Origin: Anaeramoeba ignava BMAN
Taxonomy: Eukaryota > Protista > Anaeramoebae
Length of the DNA: 64,000 nt
NCBI GenBank assembly: GCA_028826165.1
Contig: JAPDFW010000122.1
Location: forward strand, 101,248-165,247
Direction of reading: 5' to 3'
Shown here piece after piece: positions 47,014 to 61,137 of this stretch. The notes under the pieces are model-generated. The model was not told where the DNA came from. It did no database searches and worked only from the letters and a program-made list of their open reading frames with translations. Every line of letters starts with the position of its first letter. Position 1 is the stretch's first letter. Both the position numbers and the translations under genes were made by a program.

Positions 47014-50000
47014 TTAAAAATTTCTTTTTTTTTTGGAATCAATTTTATCTTGAGCACTATTATTTTTTATAATAAATTGACAAGGACGAAGATCCAAATT
47101 AAAATGAACAGAATTATTATAACTATTATTTTCTTTAATTGAAGTAATAAGTTGATGATCCATAAGATTAATCAAATAAAAAAGAATTTTTTCATCATCA
47201 AAAGAAATTTCAGGAAAAATAACTTTTGGATTTTGTTTCAAATGAAAACAAAGAAAAGTTTGAATAGAAATTTCCAAGAGTTTTTGTTGAATAAAAGCAA
47301 GAAGAACTGATTCATCAATCCAAGATTTATTTGTATCAATAAGTTTTGCAATAAAAGAATTTTTTGGATCGAAAGAATGATAAAAAGGAGCTTGTAAAAT
47401 TTCATTTTCTGTATCAAGAATAGAACAAAACCTTCGAATTTTATCTGGAATAAGAACATTTGAAGGAAAACCACAAAGTCGAAGTTCATGAAGATCATTG
47501 AATTCAATATTTTTTTTCCATGAAATGATTGTTTTTGGTGTTAAATATCCTGGAACAAACAATGAAAAACATTGTACTATTAAATAAATATCATATTGGT
47601 TTTTTTGATTTCCAATTATTATTAATGGTCTTCCTGTTAAAAGTGAAAATATTAAGTGATCTAAACACCATGAGTATTTTTTGGATATTACTAATATTCC
47701 TTTTCCAAAATAGTTTGTGTGTTCTGTATCCCAAAGAAATTCATAAAAATTATGGGTTTTAAATGTGTTTTTTGTTCGTATTTTTTTGCTAAATAAAGAT
47801 TTGAAAAAATTTTCTAATCCTTTTTCAATTTTGGTTTCATTATCTTGTGTATTTTGGATAATTTGAATATCATCATCAATATCTTCATCATCATCAATAT
47901 CTTCATTTATAATATCATCAATATTATTATTTTGGATATTTTTATCATTTTGAATATTATCATTTTTAATATTATCATTTTTAATATTATCATTTTGGAT
48001 ATTTTCATTTTGTTGAATATTTTCATTTTGTTGAATATTATCATTTTGTTGATTATCATTTTGTTGAATATTTTTATCATTTTGTTGAATATTTTCATTT
48101 TGTTGAATATTATTATCATTTTGTTGAATATTTTTATCATTTTGTTGAATATTTTTATTTTGTTGAATATTATTATCATTTTGTTGAATATTATCATTTT
48201 GTTGATTATTTTTATCATTTTGTTGAATATTATCATTTTGTTGATTATTATTATCATTTTGTTGAATATTTTTATCATTTTGTTGATTATTATCATTTTT
48301 ATCATTTTGTTGAATATTATTATCATTTTGTTGAATATTATCATTTTGTTGAATATTTTGTTGATTATTTTTTTGTTTTTGTTTTTGTTGAATTTATTAT
48401 CATTTTGTTGAATATTTTGTTGATTATTTTTTTGTTTTTGTTTTTGTTTTTGTTTTTGTTTTGTTGGTTCAATATTTTGTTCTTGTTTTGTTTCTTCATT
48501 ATTTTTTTGTTCAATAATTAAATTTTGTTGCGTTTTAGATTGATTTGATAATTTTAATGGATGTTCAAAATCTGGAAAAATTTCAGAAATAGAATGTTGA
48601 TATTGTAATTTGAGATGAATTCCATTGCTTTCAATTTCAGTTTTACGAATTGATTCGCGAGGGGATAAAGAGAAAGAAAGATGAGATTTAGCTCCAATAA
48701 TAAAAAAGGATTCTTCTAAAATAGCCAATTCAGAAAAATAGTCTCTTAAAGTTTTTTGATATTCATTTTGTTTAAATAAATTATGAATTGTTTTGACATT
48801 TTCAAGACAAGCTTCAAAAACTTCTGGAATACAAATTTCTCTAAAATGCCTTAATTTTCTATCCAAAGTAACTGTTTTGTGATGATGAGATACATATTTT
48901 GCTTTATATCCTTTTGGAATAAAATTCTCTTCTTGATATTTATATTTTATTCCTTTTTGCTTGTTTGAATTTGGATGTGGATAAATATCCAATATATTTT
49001 CTACAAAGAACAAATTACATAAAGAATTGTATATTTGATTTTTCAAAAAACTAGTATCATTAAGCATTCTTTCAAAAGATGTGTTTGGAATTGATAAAAG
49101 CTAAAAAAATAAGAAATAAAAGAATAAAATGTAAATTTTTCTTAATTCTTTCAATTCCAATAATAATATTATTATTAATATTTTACATATCTGCTTCCAT
49201 TTTCATCAGAACTTATTTCTGCTTTTTTGTTCTGTTTTTCATTAATTAAAACTTGTTCAATAGAATTTTCAAGATCAAAAAGACGAATTTGAATTTCTTT
49301 GAAAAAAAGTAGTTGATTATGTGCTTTGAGTTGATTGATTAATTTTGAAAATTCATGAATTAATGAAGCAAAATTTCTCATTAGTTTGTCTTGTCTATTT
49401 GAAACGTAAGTAAAACAAGCAGGACGAACATAACCACGTGCGTTAGCATCATAAAGAGTAAAGTGGTGTGCCTTTTATTTTTTAAGCAAATACAATTAAA
49501 ATATTTATATTTATATTTATATTATTTAAATAATTAGATTTATATTTATATTTATATTTATATTTATATTTATATTTATATTTATATTTATATTTATATT
49601 TATATTTATATTTATATTTATATTTATATTTATATTTATATTTATATTTATATTTATATTTATATTTATATTTATATTTATATTTATATTTATATTTATA
49701 TTTATATTTATATTTATATTTATATTTATATTTATATTTATATTTATATTTATATTTATATTTATATTTATATTTATATTTATAATTATAATTATATTTA
49801 TATTTATAATTATATTTATATTTATATTTATATTTATATTTATATATTTATATTTATAATTATATTATTTAAATAATTATATTTATATTTATATTATTTA
49901 TATTTATATTTAATAAATAGTAATAAATAAATTACATAAGCATAAGCATTTTGAGCTAAAGTTATAACAAATTGAGAATCTTCAGAGATTAACATATTTG

Positions 50001-50367
50001 GTTTAGAACGTTGATAATCAGTTGACATAGTTTTCAAAACCAAAGTAGCGATATTATAAGTGTGTTTTATCCAAGGAGGATAAACAAAAACATCAACAGG
50101 TCCTTGCTGTTCACAGAACTCAGATAATACAATAAAATCACTTGGAACACCTTCTATATAATTCTCTTTTGTTTTCTTCTTCTTTTTTGTAAAGTCAATT
50201 CTGCTTTCTATAAATTCTGTTTTCGTTGAAATTAATCCAAAAAGTGGTTTTGGTAATTCATTAATTATTTCAGTTGGTGATGATGAATAAGAAATTGTTA
50301 GTTCGCTTTCGGAATCTTCTTGTTCTTGTTTTTGTTTTTTTATTTCTATCGCTTCAGTTTCAATCAT
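47014..50367 (-). CDS. SMCR8-like (FLCN/SMCR8 longin-DENN) protein, multi-exon, frame break in the Q/N/D repeat near 48400
   Basis: DFIVLSEFCEQQGP, MSTDYQ, AYAYV..HHFTLYDANARGYVRPACFTYVS, FSLLTGRPLIIIG. Confidence 0.8.
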
Positions 50368-50499
50368 TTAAAAAAAAATCAAAATGAAAAGAAAAAAAAT
50401 GAAAAAAAAAATGAAAAAAAATAAATTTTTTTTTTCCAATTTTTTATTTTTAATTTTTTAAAAACAAAATTTTGTATTTAATTTTGATTCTTCTTTTCA

Positions 50500-51280
50500 A
50501 TTCAATTTAATTCAATTCAATTTAATATTCAATTCAATTTAATTCAATTTAATTTAATTCAATATTCAATATTTAATTCAATTCAATATTCAATTCAATT
50601 CAATTCAATTCAATTCAATTTAATATAATTCAATTCAATTCAATTTAATATTTAATTCAATTCAATTTAATATAATTCAATTCAATTCAATATAATATTA
50701 AATTCAATTCAATTCAATTCAATATTTAATTTAATTCAATTCAATTCAATTCAATTCAATTTAATATTCAATATTTAATTCAATTTAATATTTTAATCAA
50801 TATTCAATCCAATTTAATTCAATTTAATATTTAGTTCAATTCAATTTAATATTTAATTCAATTTAATATTTTAATTCAATTCAATTCAATATTTATTCAA
50901 TTTTTCAATAATTCAATTTTAATTTCAATTTTTCAATTTAATATTCAATTCAATTTAATATTTAATTCAATTTAATTCAATTTAATATTTAATTCAATTT
51001 AATTCAATTTAATTCAATTTAATTCAATATTTAATTCAATTTAATATTCAAATTCAATTCAATTCAATTCAATTTCAATATTCAATTAATATTTAAATTC
51101 AATTTCAATATTTAATTCAATTTAATTCAATATTCAATATTTAATTTAATTTAATTCAATTCAATTCAATTCAATTCAATATTCAATTCAATATTTAATT
51201 CAATATTTAATTCAATTTAATTCAATTTAATTCAATTCAATTCAATTCAATTCAATTCAATTTAATATTCAATATTTAAT
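50500..51280. repeat. (TTCAA)n-based intergenic satellite
   Basis: Directly visible. Confidence 0.9.
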
Positions 51281-53866
51281 TCAATTTAATTTAATTAAAT
51301 TGGATTCTTTTTCAGAATTTTCATAATTTTCAGAATTTTCATAATTGTCAGAATTTTCAGAATTTTTAGGAGAAAATAAAGGTGATGGAAATTTAATTTC
51401 TAATTCATTATTTGGTTCAATTGTTGACTAAAAAAGAAAAAAGAAATTAATTTAAATTAATTCAAATTAATTGGAAAAAAATAAATATTTACTAATTCCA
51501 TTTCATTCTCCCAAGGACGAAGTTGAAAACCAAATAATTCACCTTCTAATAATTGCTTTTTTTTTTTTAAAAAAAAATAAATTTAATTAGAATTTTTTTG
51601 ACAAATTTTTTGTTCCACTTTTTTTTTAAATTAAATTAAATTCTTTTTTGAAATTAAATTCTTTTTTGAAATTAAATTCTTTTTTGAAATTAAATTCTTT
51701 TTTGAAATTAAATTATTTTTTTTACATAAGAACCAATTTGTTGTTCATTAAGATCATTTAATCTTGATTGAAAATGTAAATTTGTCAATCCAAATAAATT
51801 AGTTGAATTTTTTAAATGAAATTTCAATGCAATTAAAAACATCACAAAAAAAGTTATTGAATTATAAATAATAGAAGGAATCCAAGGAGACCAAATCCAA
51901 ATAGTATTTTCACAAAATAAAGCCTTTTTTTTTTAAAAAAATAAATAAATTGTTTTTTGATAATTAAAAATTCAAGTTGAAATTTTTAAATCATAAAAAT
52001 CAATAAATACTGAAAAATAAATGATTAAATAAATTCGAAGAATTTTTCTAAATAAATCAAACACTAAATATTTTTCATAAAATGGTGATGTTGTTGGATT
52101 AAAATTTGCATCTCTAATTGCAATTAATTGAGTTTTAAGAGCCCATTGATTTTTTTTCATTGAAGAAAAAATCATTTTAAATAAAAACATAAATGAAACG
52201 ATCCAAAAAACAAAAAAGATTGTTTCCAAAATTGATCGTGTATCTGAAAACATTCCTAAAATTGAAACAAGAGTAAGAATTTTTATCATACTTCCAACTT
52301 CTTTTGAGTCAATTTTATCAACCATAAAAGACCATCCTTTAGAAATTAATAATAAAGAACCAAAGAATAAATAAACAAATGCAAAATCAAAGAAAAAAAG
52401 CATAGATTTCAATGAAAGAGAAACTTTTCCTAATCAAAATTAAAAAAGAAAAATTAGAAAAATTGGAAAAATTGATTTCTTTTTAATTTCAAAATTAAAC
52501 CTTCTTTTGATAAAGTTTTCCAGTAAATGAGTTGAATAAAAATTTTAATAAAAACAATTAAAAAAGTTAAAGAAAGAACTCGATGAAGATTAACTTTGAT
52601 ATTTTTATGAAGAATCCAATTTGAAAACCAAAAAAAATTTAATAGCAAATAAACAATAACAAACACAATATAAGCATTTGGTAAAGGAATATAATCTGTG
52701 CTTAAATGTTCTCCATTTGGATTCATCATTGTATATTCGAACTTAATTTTAATTTTAATTTTTAATTTTAATTTTAATTTTAATTTTAATTTTAATTTTA
52801 ATTTTAAATTTTAATTTAAATTTTGATTTTTAAATTTTCTTACATGATAAGTTATTTCCTTGTTTGATTCACAATGAGTTACAAAAAAATAATAATGATC
52901 AGTTGTTGGAATTGAAATGTTTTCATGAAAAAATCCATTAATAATTTGTTTTTGAATACAATCTAAACTTGAGTGATTTAAAGATGAACAAAATGAATCT
53001 TCGTCTAATGGTTTCTAAATTTAGAAAATAAATATAATAAATATAATAAATATAATAAATAAAATAAATATAATAAATATAATAAATATAATAAATATAA
53101 TAAATATAATAAAATAATAAATATAATAAATAAATAGAATAAATAAAAAAATAAATATAAATAAATATAATAAATATAAATATAATAAATATAAATATAA
53201 TAAATATAATAAATATAATAAATATAATAAATATAATAAATATAATAAATATAAATATAATAAATATAATAAATATAATAAATATAATAAATATAATAAA
53301 TATAATAAATATAATAAATATAATAAATATAATAAATATAATAAATATAATAAATATAATAAATATAATAAATATAATAAATATAATAAATATAATAAAT
53401 ATAATAAATATAATAAATATAATAAATAAAATATAATAAATATAATAAATGCTTTAAATGCTTTAAATGCTTTAAATGCTTTAAATGCTTTAAATGCTTT
53501 AAATGCTTTAAATGCTTTAAATGTTTTAAATGTTTTAAATGCTTGAAATGTTTTAAATGGTTAAAATGTCAAGTTGCTAAATTTACAGATTTTAAATTTT
53601 CATAAGAACATAATACAAAGTACATTTCGTCATTTGATTCCTAAAAAATTTTTTTGTAAAAGGAATTTTAAATTAAATTTGAATTTTATTATTAAAAAAA
53701 AATTTACTAAAAAAGTTATTTTCATATCAACAAATCCATTTTTTAAAAAACCAAAAACATCAAAATTTTCAACTTTTGCATCAGAAGTTAAAAAATAATC
53801 TGCTATAATTGCATTAACAGAAATAAAAAATAAAAGTAAAAAAAGAAAAAAAGAGAAAAAATTCAT
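51281..53866 (-). CDS. GOST/lung-7TM (GPR107/TMEM87-like) membrane protein, multi-exon
   Basis: Signal peptide, FGFLKNG, MNPNGEHLSTDYIPLP, LLLISKGWS and multiple TM helices. Confidence 0.65.
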
Positions 53867-54262
53867 AATTTTAAAAGAGAAGAAAAAAAAGAAAAAAATG
53901 AAAAAAATGAAAATTAAATTTCGAATTTTTTTGTTTTTGTTTTTGTTTTTGTTTTTGTTTTTGTTTTTAAATTTGTTTTTGTTTTTAAAATTGTTTTTGT
54001 TTTTGTTTTTAAAATTGTTTTGTTTTGTTTTTGTTTTTGTTTTTGTTTTTGTTTTTGTTTTTGTTTTTGTTTTTGTTTTTGTTTTTGTTTTTGTTTTTGT
54101 TTTTGTTTTTAAATTTGTTTTTGTTTTTGTTTTTAAATTTGTTTTTGTTTTTAAAATTGTTTTTGTTTTTGTTTTTAAAATTGTTTTTAAATTTGTTTTT
54201 GTTTTTTAATTTTTTCATTTTTCATTTTTTCATTTTTCATTTTACATTTTTTTTAAAATAAA

Positions 54263-54961
54263 ATGTCAGAAAAAAGATGGATTCCATTAGAAAGTAATCC
54301 TCAAGTTTTCAATCGATTTTGCAAAGGATTAGGATTACCAACAGAGAAGTGGTCATTTTCTGAGTTATTTGGAGTAGACCCAGACCTATTATCATTTGCT
54401 CCAACACCAGTATTAGCAGTATTACTATTATATCCAATGTCCAAAAACATAAAAGAATTTGGAAAAAAGCAAAAAATTGAAATTGAGACAAAAGGACAAG
54501 AAGTGAGTAAGAACCTTTGGTATGTGAAGCAGAACATAGGAAACGCATGTGGAACTATCGGGCTAATTCATGCGATTATGAACAACATGCAAACAATCAA
54601 TGCTCAAGGATTTTTGAAAGAATTTTATGATAAAACAAAGGATTTGAACCCGGAAGAACGAGCAAAATTACTTGAAGAGTCTGATGAAATCCAAGACCAG
54701 CACGATAAATCTTCTAAAGAAGGTGATACTACTCCTCCAGATCCAAATGAAAGGGTCGAATACCATTTTATTTCTTTTGTTAATGTTGATGATTCAATTT
54801 ATGAAATGGATGGTAGAAAAGCTTTTCCTATAAATCATGGCAAAACTTCTCGTCTTTCTTTTCTTCAGGATGCTGCTGATGTTATTAAGAAAAAATTCAT
54901 GGATTTGGATCCTCAAGAAATTCATTTTACACTTAATATTTTGGCTCCTTCAGTTTTCTAA
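54263..54961 (+). CDS. UCHL3: Ubiquitin C-terminal hydrolase (UCH-L3-like, peptidase C12)
   Basis: WIPLESNP, KQNIGNACGTIGLIHA, YHFISFV, YEMDGRK. Confidence 0.93.
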   Translation: MSEKRWIPLESNPQVFNRFCKGLGLPTEKWSFSELFGVDPDLLSFAPTPVLAVLLLYPMSKNIKEFGKKQKIEIETKGQEVSKNLWYVKQNIGNACGTIGLIHAIMNNMQTINAQGFLKEFYDKTKDLNPEERAKLLEESDEIQDQHDKSSKEGDTTPPDPNERVEYHFISFVNVDDSIYEMDGRKAFPINHGKTSRLSFLQDAADVIKKKFMDLDPQEIHFTLNILAPSVF

Positions 54962-54984
54962 ATTTCCTTTTAAAATTCATTTTA

Positions 54985-55490
54985 AAATTAAAATTAAAAT
55001 TAAAATTAAAATTCAAATTAAAATTAAAATTAAAATTAAAATTAAAATTAAAATTAAAATTAAAATTAAAATTAAAATTAAAATTAAAATTAAAATTAAA
55101 ATTTAAAATTAAAATTAAAATTAAAATTAAAATTAAAATTAAAATTAAAATTAAAATCAAAATTAAAATTAAAATCAAAATTAAAATTCAAACTCAAAAT
55201 TAAAATTAAAATTAAAATTAAAATTAAAATTAAAATTAAAATTAAAATTAAAATTAAAATTAAAATTAAAATTAAAATTAAAATTAAAATTAAAATTAAA
55301 ATTAAAATTAAAATTAAAATTAAAATTAAAATTAAAATTAAAATTAAAATTAAAATTAAAATTAAAATTAAAATTAAAATTCATTTTTGAAAATTAAAAT
55401 TAAAATTTAAATTAAAATTAAAATTAAAATTAAAATTAATATTAAAATTAAAATTAAAATTAAAATTAAAATTCATTTTTGAAAATTAAA
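54985..55490. repeat. (AAAATT)n microsatellite
   Basis: Directly visible. Confidence 0.95.
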
Positions 55491-55510
55491 AAAAAAATAA
55501 AATCGGAAAA

Positions 55511-55928
55511 ATGGAAATTCATTTTTTTTCTTTATGTTTGTTGATTTTGAAAGTAAATTCTTTTTCTTCTAAAAAAAAATAAATATTTATTTATTTATTA
55601 ATATTTTTTAATTAAAAAAATACAAAAAAAAAAAGGTTTTGAAAAAGAAGTTGAAGAATCTATTAAAGAAATTAAAAATTTAGTTAAAAAATGTGAAAAA
55701 AAAAATTTAAATGAAAAAGAAATTGAAATTAAAATTATTGATTTTGAAGATAAAAATTTTTTAATAAAAATTAAAAATGGAAGAGTTTATAAATTAATTG
55801 AACCAAAAAAAACAAATACAAAATTTGAAAGTTTACATTCATTATTAAGTTATGTTAGCAATTCATACAATAATAATTTTACAAAGAATTTATTTGAAGC
55901 AATTGAAGAAATGAAGAATCAAAAATAA
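55511..55928 (+). CDS. GSKIP-domain small protein, 2 exons
   Basis: Spliced frame FEKEVEESIKEI..IKIIDFEDKNFLIKI..FESLHSLLSYVSNSYNNNFTKNLFEAIE matches the GSKIP pattern. Missed by the ORF track. Confidence 0.65.
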
Positions 55929-55995
55929 ATTAAAAATTAAAAATTAAAAATTAAAAATTAAAAATTAAAATAAAAATCAAAAATAAAGATTTTAT

Positions 55996-58900
55996 TCAAT
56001 TATTATTATTAAATTGAGGAATAAAAATAGAACCAACAAAACCTTCTTGAAATGATTCATTTCTTTCATGATCTTTAAGAGTAAAATTATCAAAATTACT
56101 TGATTCTTCTGAACTACTTTTATCAGCAACAACAATAGTTGATTTTGGAAGAATTAAATAATCAACCAAAGTTTTTTCATTATCAGAAAGAAGAACTCCA
56201 TTAAATGCAAGTAATTGATCTATTGGATCAATTTCAAGAATTTCGAAAATTTTCAATTTAATAAGTTGAATAGTATCTTTTGAATCAACAGAAATTTCAT
56301 GTGTATTTCTTGTTCTTCTTCTAAGGCTTCTTCGAGTTTGCCGAGTTGGAGAAGCGTTTATTCCTTGTCTTTGAATATATAATATTTGATTTTCATATGA
56401 AATATTTTTTTCCAGTTCTTTTTGTGAATTTGTTGAGCAAATTGAACAACGTTTAGGAACTGTTTGAATTGCAAAAGAATTTGTATAAATATAAGGATCT
56501 TCAATAAAATCTTCATTTGTTTGATTTTCGTTTGATTCTTGATTTGAATCTTTCATTTTACTTTTTTTAGTTTTTTTATGCTTTTTTTCAAGATTCTTTT
56601 TTTTCCTTTTCTTTTTATTATCTTTCTTTTTATTATCTTTCTTTTTATTATCTTTCTTTTTATTTTTCTTTTTCTTCTTATTTGAAAGAAATTCAATTGT
56701 TGAAACATTAAAAAGAATTTTTTTGGAATCAATATCAAATCTTTTTTTCAATTGTTTCCAACTTGAAACTGGAATAATTGCAATATATTGACTGAGTAAT
56801 GAAAGTTCATTCTCATCATCAATATTAAGAGAATATTTGAACAATCCATGAGGACAAAATAACTCAGAATATAAAGAAGAAAACAATTCTTTATCTGGTT
56901 CATTTTCTTGATTTTTTCCATTAATATAATTTTTAAATTTATGAAGCCATTTTGCTGGGATAATACACCAAGGTCCATCAGATTCATTAAGGATATAATA
57001 ATTAAAAGGATGAATTCCCATATTATCTCTGAAAATATTTGCAAACTTCAATCTATCAATTTCTTTTTTATGTTGATTTTTCTTTTCTTTCTTTTTAATT
57101 TCTGAACAAACTTTACATTCTAAATTTTCTGAGTATTCAAATTTTGTACTTTTGGGATATTCCTTGACTAACATCTCCCAAACATTCAAGGGAACAAGTA
57201 TTCTTGATTTTGGTGTTGGTTTCATTTTCCCATGAATACAAATGATTTTTTGATTTAAATCTTCAATATTTTCTTCCAAATTATTTCCCACCCAATCATT
57301 AAAAAATTTTTGTGAAATCCAAAAATATTTATGTTTTTTATGATTTTTAATATTTTTGGGACTTGAAATTATTGCTTTTTTTGCTTTTATTCTTTTTGCT
57401 TTTTCTTTCTTTTGTTTTTCTAATTCTTGGTGATGTATTTTGAGGCATTCTTCACAAATACTTTGATTTCCAGGTAATTCATTTATTGTTTGGAATTTAG
57501 ATTTTAAGAATTTCCAAGATTTTGAATTGATTCTTCTGGATAATTCAATTTTTTTAAAATCCATTTTATTATGTTGACAAAGAATATTTGAATTATCAAT
57601 TTTGGGAATTGTTTTTTCTGTTGAAGTTATAAAGGAATGAAGCCAATCTTTTGAAATCCAAAAGAATGATTCTTTTATGAAATTTTGATTTGAATTTGAA
57701 TTTTGATTTGAATTTGAATTTGAATTTGAATTTGAATTTTGATTTGAATTTGAATTTGAATTTGAATTTGAATTATTTTCTTCAATTAAATTAATATTTT
57801 GATTTGAATTATTTTGTTCAATTAAATTAATATTTTGATTTGAATTTGAATTTGAATTTGAATTTGAATTATTTTGTTCAATTAAATTATTTTGATTTGA
57901 ATTATTTTCTTCAATTAAATTAATATTTTGATTTGAATTTGAATTTGAATTTGAATTATTTTGTTCAATTAAATTAATATTTTGATTTGAATTTGAATTT
58001 GAATTTGAATTATTTTCTTCGATTAAATTAATATTTTGATTTGAATTTTGATTTAAATTTGAATTTGAATTTGAATTTGAATTATTTTCTTCAATTAAAT
58101 TAATATTTTGATTTGAATTTGAATTTGAATTTGAATTATTTTGTTCAACATCTTCATCTTCATCTTCAGAATCAATAATTTTAATAAATTTTTCAATTTC
58201 TTTTCTACGTTCCTTAATAAAATTCCATTCAGTTTCAATTAAATGTACAAATTCTTCAATTTTAATAATCAAATCTTCATTTTCTTTTTCAATTTTCTTC
58301 CTAAGAAATTCAGGAGGTTCAGGTTCATTTTCATTATTTTCATTTTCATTTTCATTTTCATTTTCATTATTTTGAATATTTTCAATATTTTCATTATTTT
58401 CATTTTGATAATTTTGATTATTTTCAATATTTTCATTATTTTCATTTTGATTTTGAATATTTTCATTTTCATTTTGATTATTTTGATTATTTTCATTATT
58501 TTCATTTTGATTTTGAATATTTTCATTTTCAATTTGATTATTTTGATTATTTTCATTATTTTGATTATTTTCATTATTTTCATTATTTTCATTATTTTCG
58601 TTATTTTCAATATTTTCATTATTTTCATTATTTTGATTATTTTCATTTTCAATTTGTTTTTCAATTTGTTTTTCATTTTCAATTTGTTTTTCATTTTCAA
58701 TTTGATTTGCAATTTCAATTTGTTTTTCAATTTCAAAATCCAAATTCTTTTTTCTTTGATATTGCAGTAAATAAACTGTTGAATTTTTTTTTTTTGATTT
58801 CCCAAGTTTAGAAACAATTTTATCATCAAAATTCCACCAAATATTATTTTGATCTTTAATATCAACTATATAATGACCAGATTCACCTTCTGTTCCAATA

Positions 58901-60958
58901 TGATGAAAAACTGCATATAATTCATATTCAATAGAATTTTTTGAAGGTTCTGAAATTAATTTAAATTCTCCATTTTCAAAAGAAAAATGAAGAGAATCTG
59001 GGAAATCAATTTTATAACTAATTGAAAAAAAAAGTGTCAAAAAAATACAACATAAATTTTCAATTCAAAAAAAATTTTTTTTCTTTTTGAATTAATAAAG
59101 AAAATTCAAACCATATTTTTTCTTTAGAATTTGTTTCTATATCAAATGAAAGATAAAGAAATTGAATTGTAAGAATTGGAGGAAGAGAAAGTAATCGAAC
59201 TTTTCTTGTTGCATTTCTTTTTTCTTGACAAATCAAACAAAAATATTTATTTTCTTTTGATAATTTTTCATCTCCAAAAAAATTATTCCATTTTTCAAAA
59301 AAAGGATCATTATCCTTAATTTATTTAAAGAAAAGATTAAATTTTAATTATAATTATAATTATAATTTTAATTTTAATTTTATAAATGAATTTTAATTTT
59401 AATTTTAATTTTAATTATAATTTTAATTTTAATTTTAATTTTAATTTTAATTTTAATTTTAATTTAAATTTTAATTTTAATTTTAATTTTAATTTTAATT
59501 ATAATTTTAATTTTAATTTTAATTTTAATTTTAATTTTATAAATGAATTTTAATTATAATTACATAAGAAGGTAATTGAATTTCTTGAAAAGAATGAATT
59601 TTTGCTGATGATTTTTTACAATTATGACAAACAGTCATAAATTCAATTTTTCCATAAAATAAATTTCGAACTAAATTAGAAACTGATTTATTTGAACTTT
59701 TAGATAAAGTTTCATCAACAGAAGAAAGTAATAATTTTAAAAATCTTAAAAAAAAAAAAGAAGAACAGAAATTTTTTAAATTAAATTAAATTGAATTGAA
59801 TTGAAAAATTGTTTTAAATTGAATTAAATATTAAATTGAATTGAATTGAATTGAATTGAATTGAATTGAATTGAATTGAATTGAATTGAATTGAATTGAA
59901 TTGAATTAAATTGAATTAAATTGAATTGAATTGAATTAAATTGAATTAAATTGAATTGAATTGAATTAAATATTGAATTGAATTGAATTGAATTGAATTG
60001 AAAATTGTTTTAAATTAAATTGAATTAAATATTGAATTGAATTGAAAAATTGTTTTAAATTGAATTAAATTGAATTGAATTGAAAAATCGTTTTAAATTG
60101 TTTTAAATTAAATTAAATTGAATTGAAAAATTGTTTTAAATTAAATTAAATTGAATTGAAAAATTGTTTTAAATTAAATTGAATTAAATTGAATTGAATT
60201 GAAAAATTGTTTTTATACTCTTTTGTATCTTGATGAATATCTTTTTTAATTTGTATAAAATCTATAAATTCTATTGGATTTATCCATATTTGATTTGTTA
60301 ATTGAAGATGTGCAAAAATTTCTTGTAAAAAACTAACAATTTGATCTTTTTTATCTTTAAAATGTTCTGGTTTTTTCCATTCATAAATTCCTTTTCGAAA
60401 TTTTTTAGTCATAAATAATGAGAGAAGAGCTACATTAATATAGCATGTTGCTCCAAGATTCTATTTATATTTTAATATTAATTTTAATTTTAATTTTAAT
60501 TTGAATTTTAATTTTAATTTTAATTTTAATTTTAATTTTAATTTTAATTTTAATTTTAATTTTAATTTTAATTTTAATTTTAATTTTAATTTTATAAATG
60601 AATTTTAATTTTATAAATAAATTTTAATTTGAATTTTATAAATAAATAATCTACTTTAATTCCAACAAAAGGAATTTGATTTTCCCTAAGTTTATTTGCT
60701 GGATTTTTCCTTTCTAATTCAATAAGATATTCTGGATTTTTTTTCCAAATTCCTTTTTTTTGATTTTTTAAAGTTTTAATTAATTTTGCTAATTTGAAAA
60801 AAAAAATAATAAAAAAAAGGAAAAAAAAAATATAAATTTTAATTGAATTAATTTTATTTTTATTTTTAATATTATTTTTAAATACGTTTTTGTGGTTTTT
60901 TTAAACCGTAAGATTTAATAATAAATTTTTTATTAATCTTAATTTGATTTTGTTGCAT
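55996..60958 (-). CDS. USP48: Ubiquitin-specific protease USP48/UBP26-like, multi-exon
   Basis: Cys box FVGIKNLGATCYIN, His box HHIGTEGESGHY..WWNFDD, DUSP motifs (WISKDWL..ILCQH), C-terminal UBL and EGFVGS. Confidence 0.85.
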
Positions 60959-61137
60959 TGCTTTTTTTTTTATAGTTTTATTGAATTTAAATGTATTAAA
61001 AAAAGAGAAAAAAAAAAGAAAAGAAGAAAATGAAAAATTGATTTTTTTTTTTAAATTAAAAAATTTTTTTTTTTGCTTTTTTTTTAAATAGTTTTTTTTT
61101 TTTTTAAAATTTTTTTTCATTTTTTTTTGATTTTTGG

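Noticed and set aside
54263-60958. Functional cluster of two deubiquitinases
   Set aside because: Unrelated families (C12 and C19). Adjacency is plausible by chance
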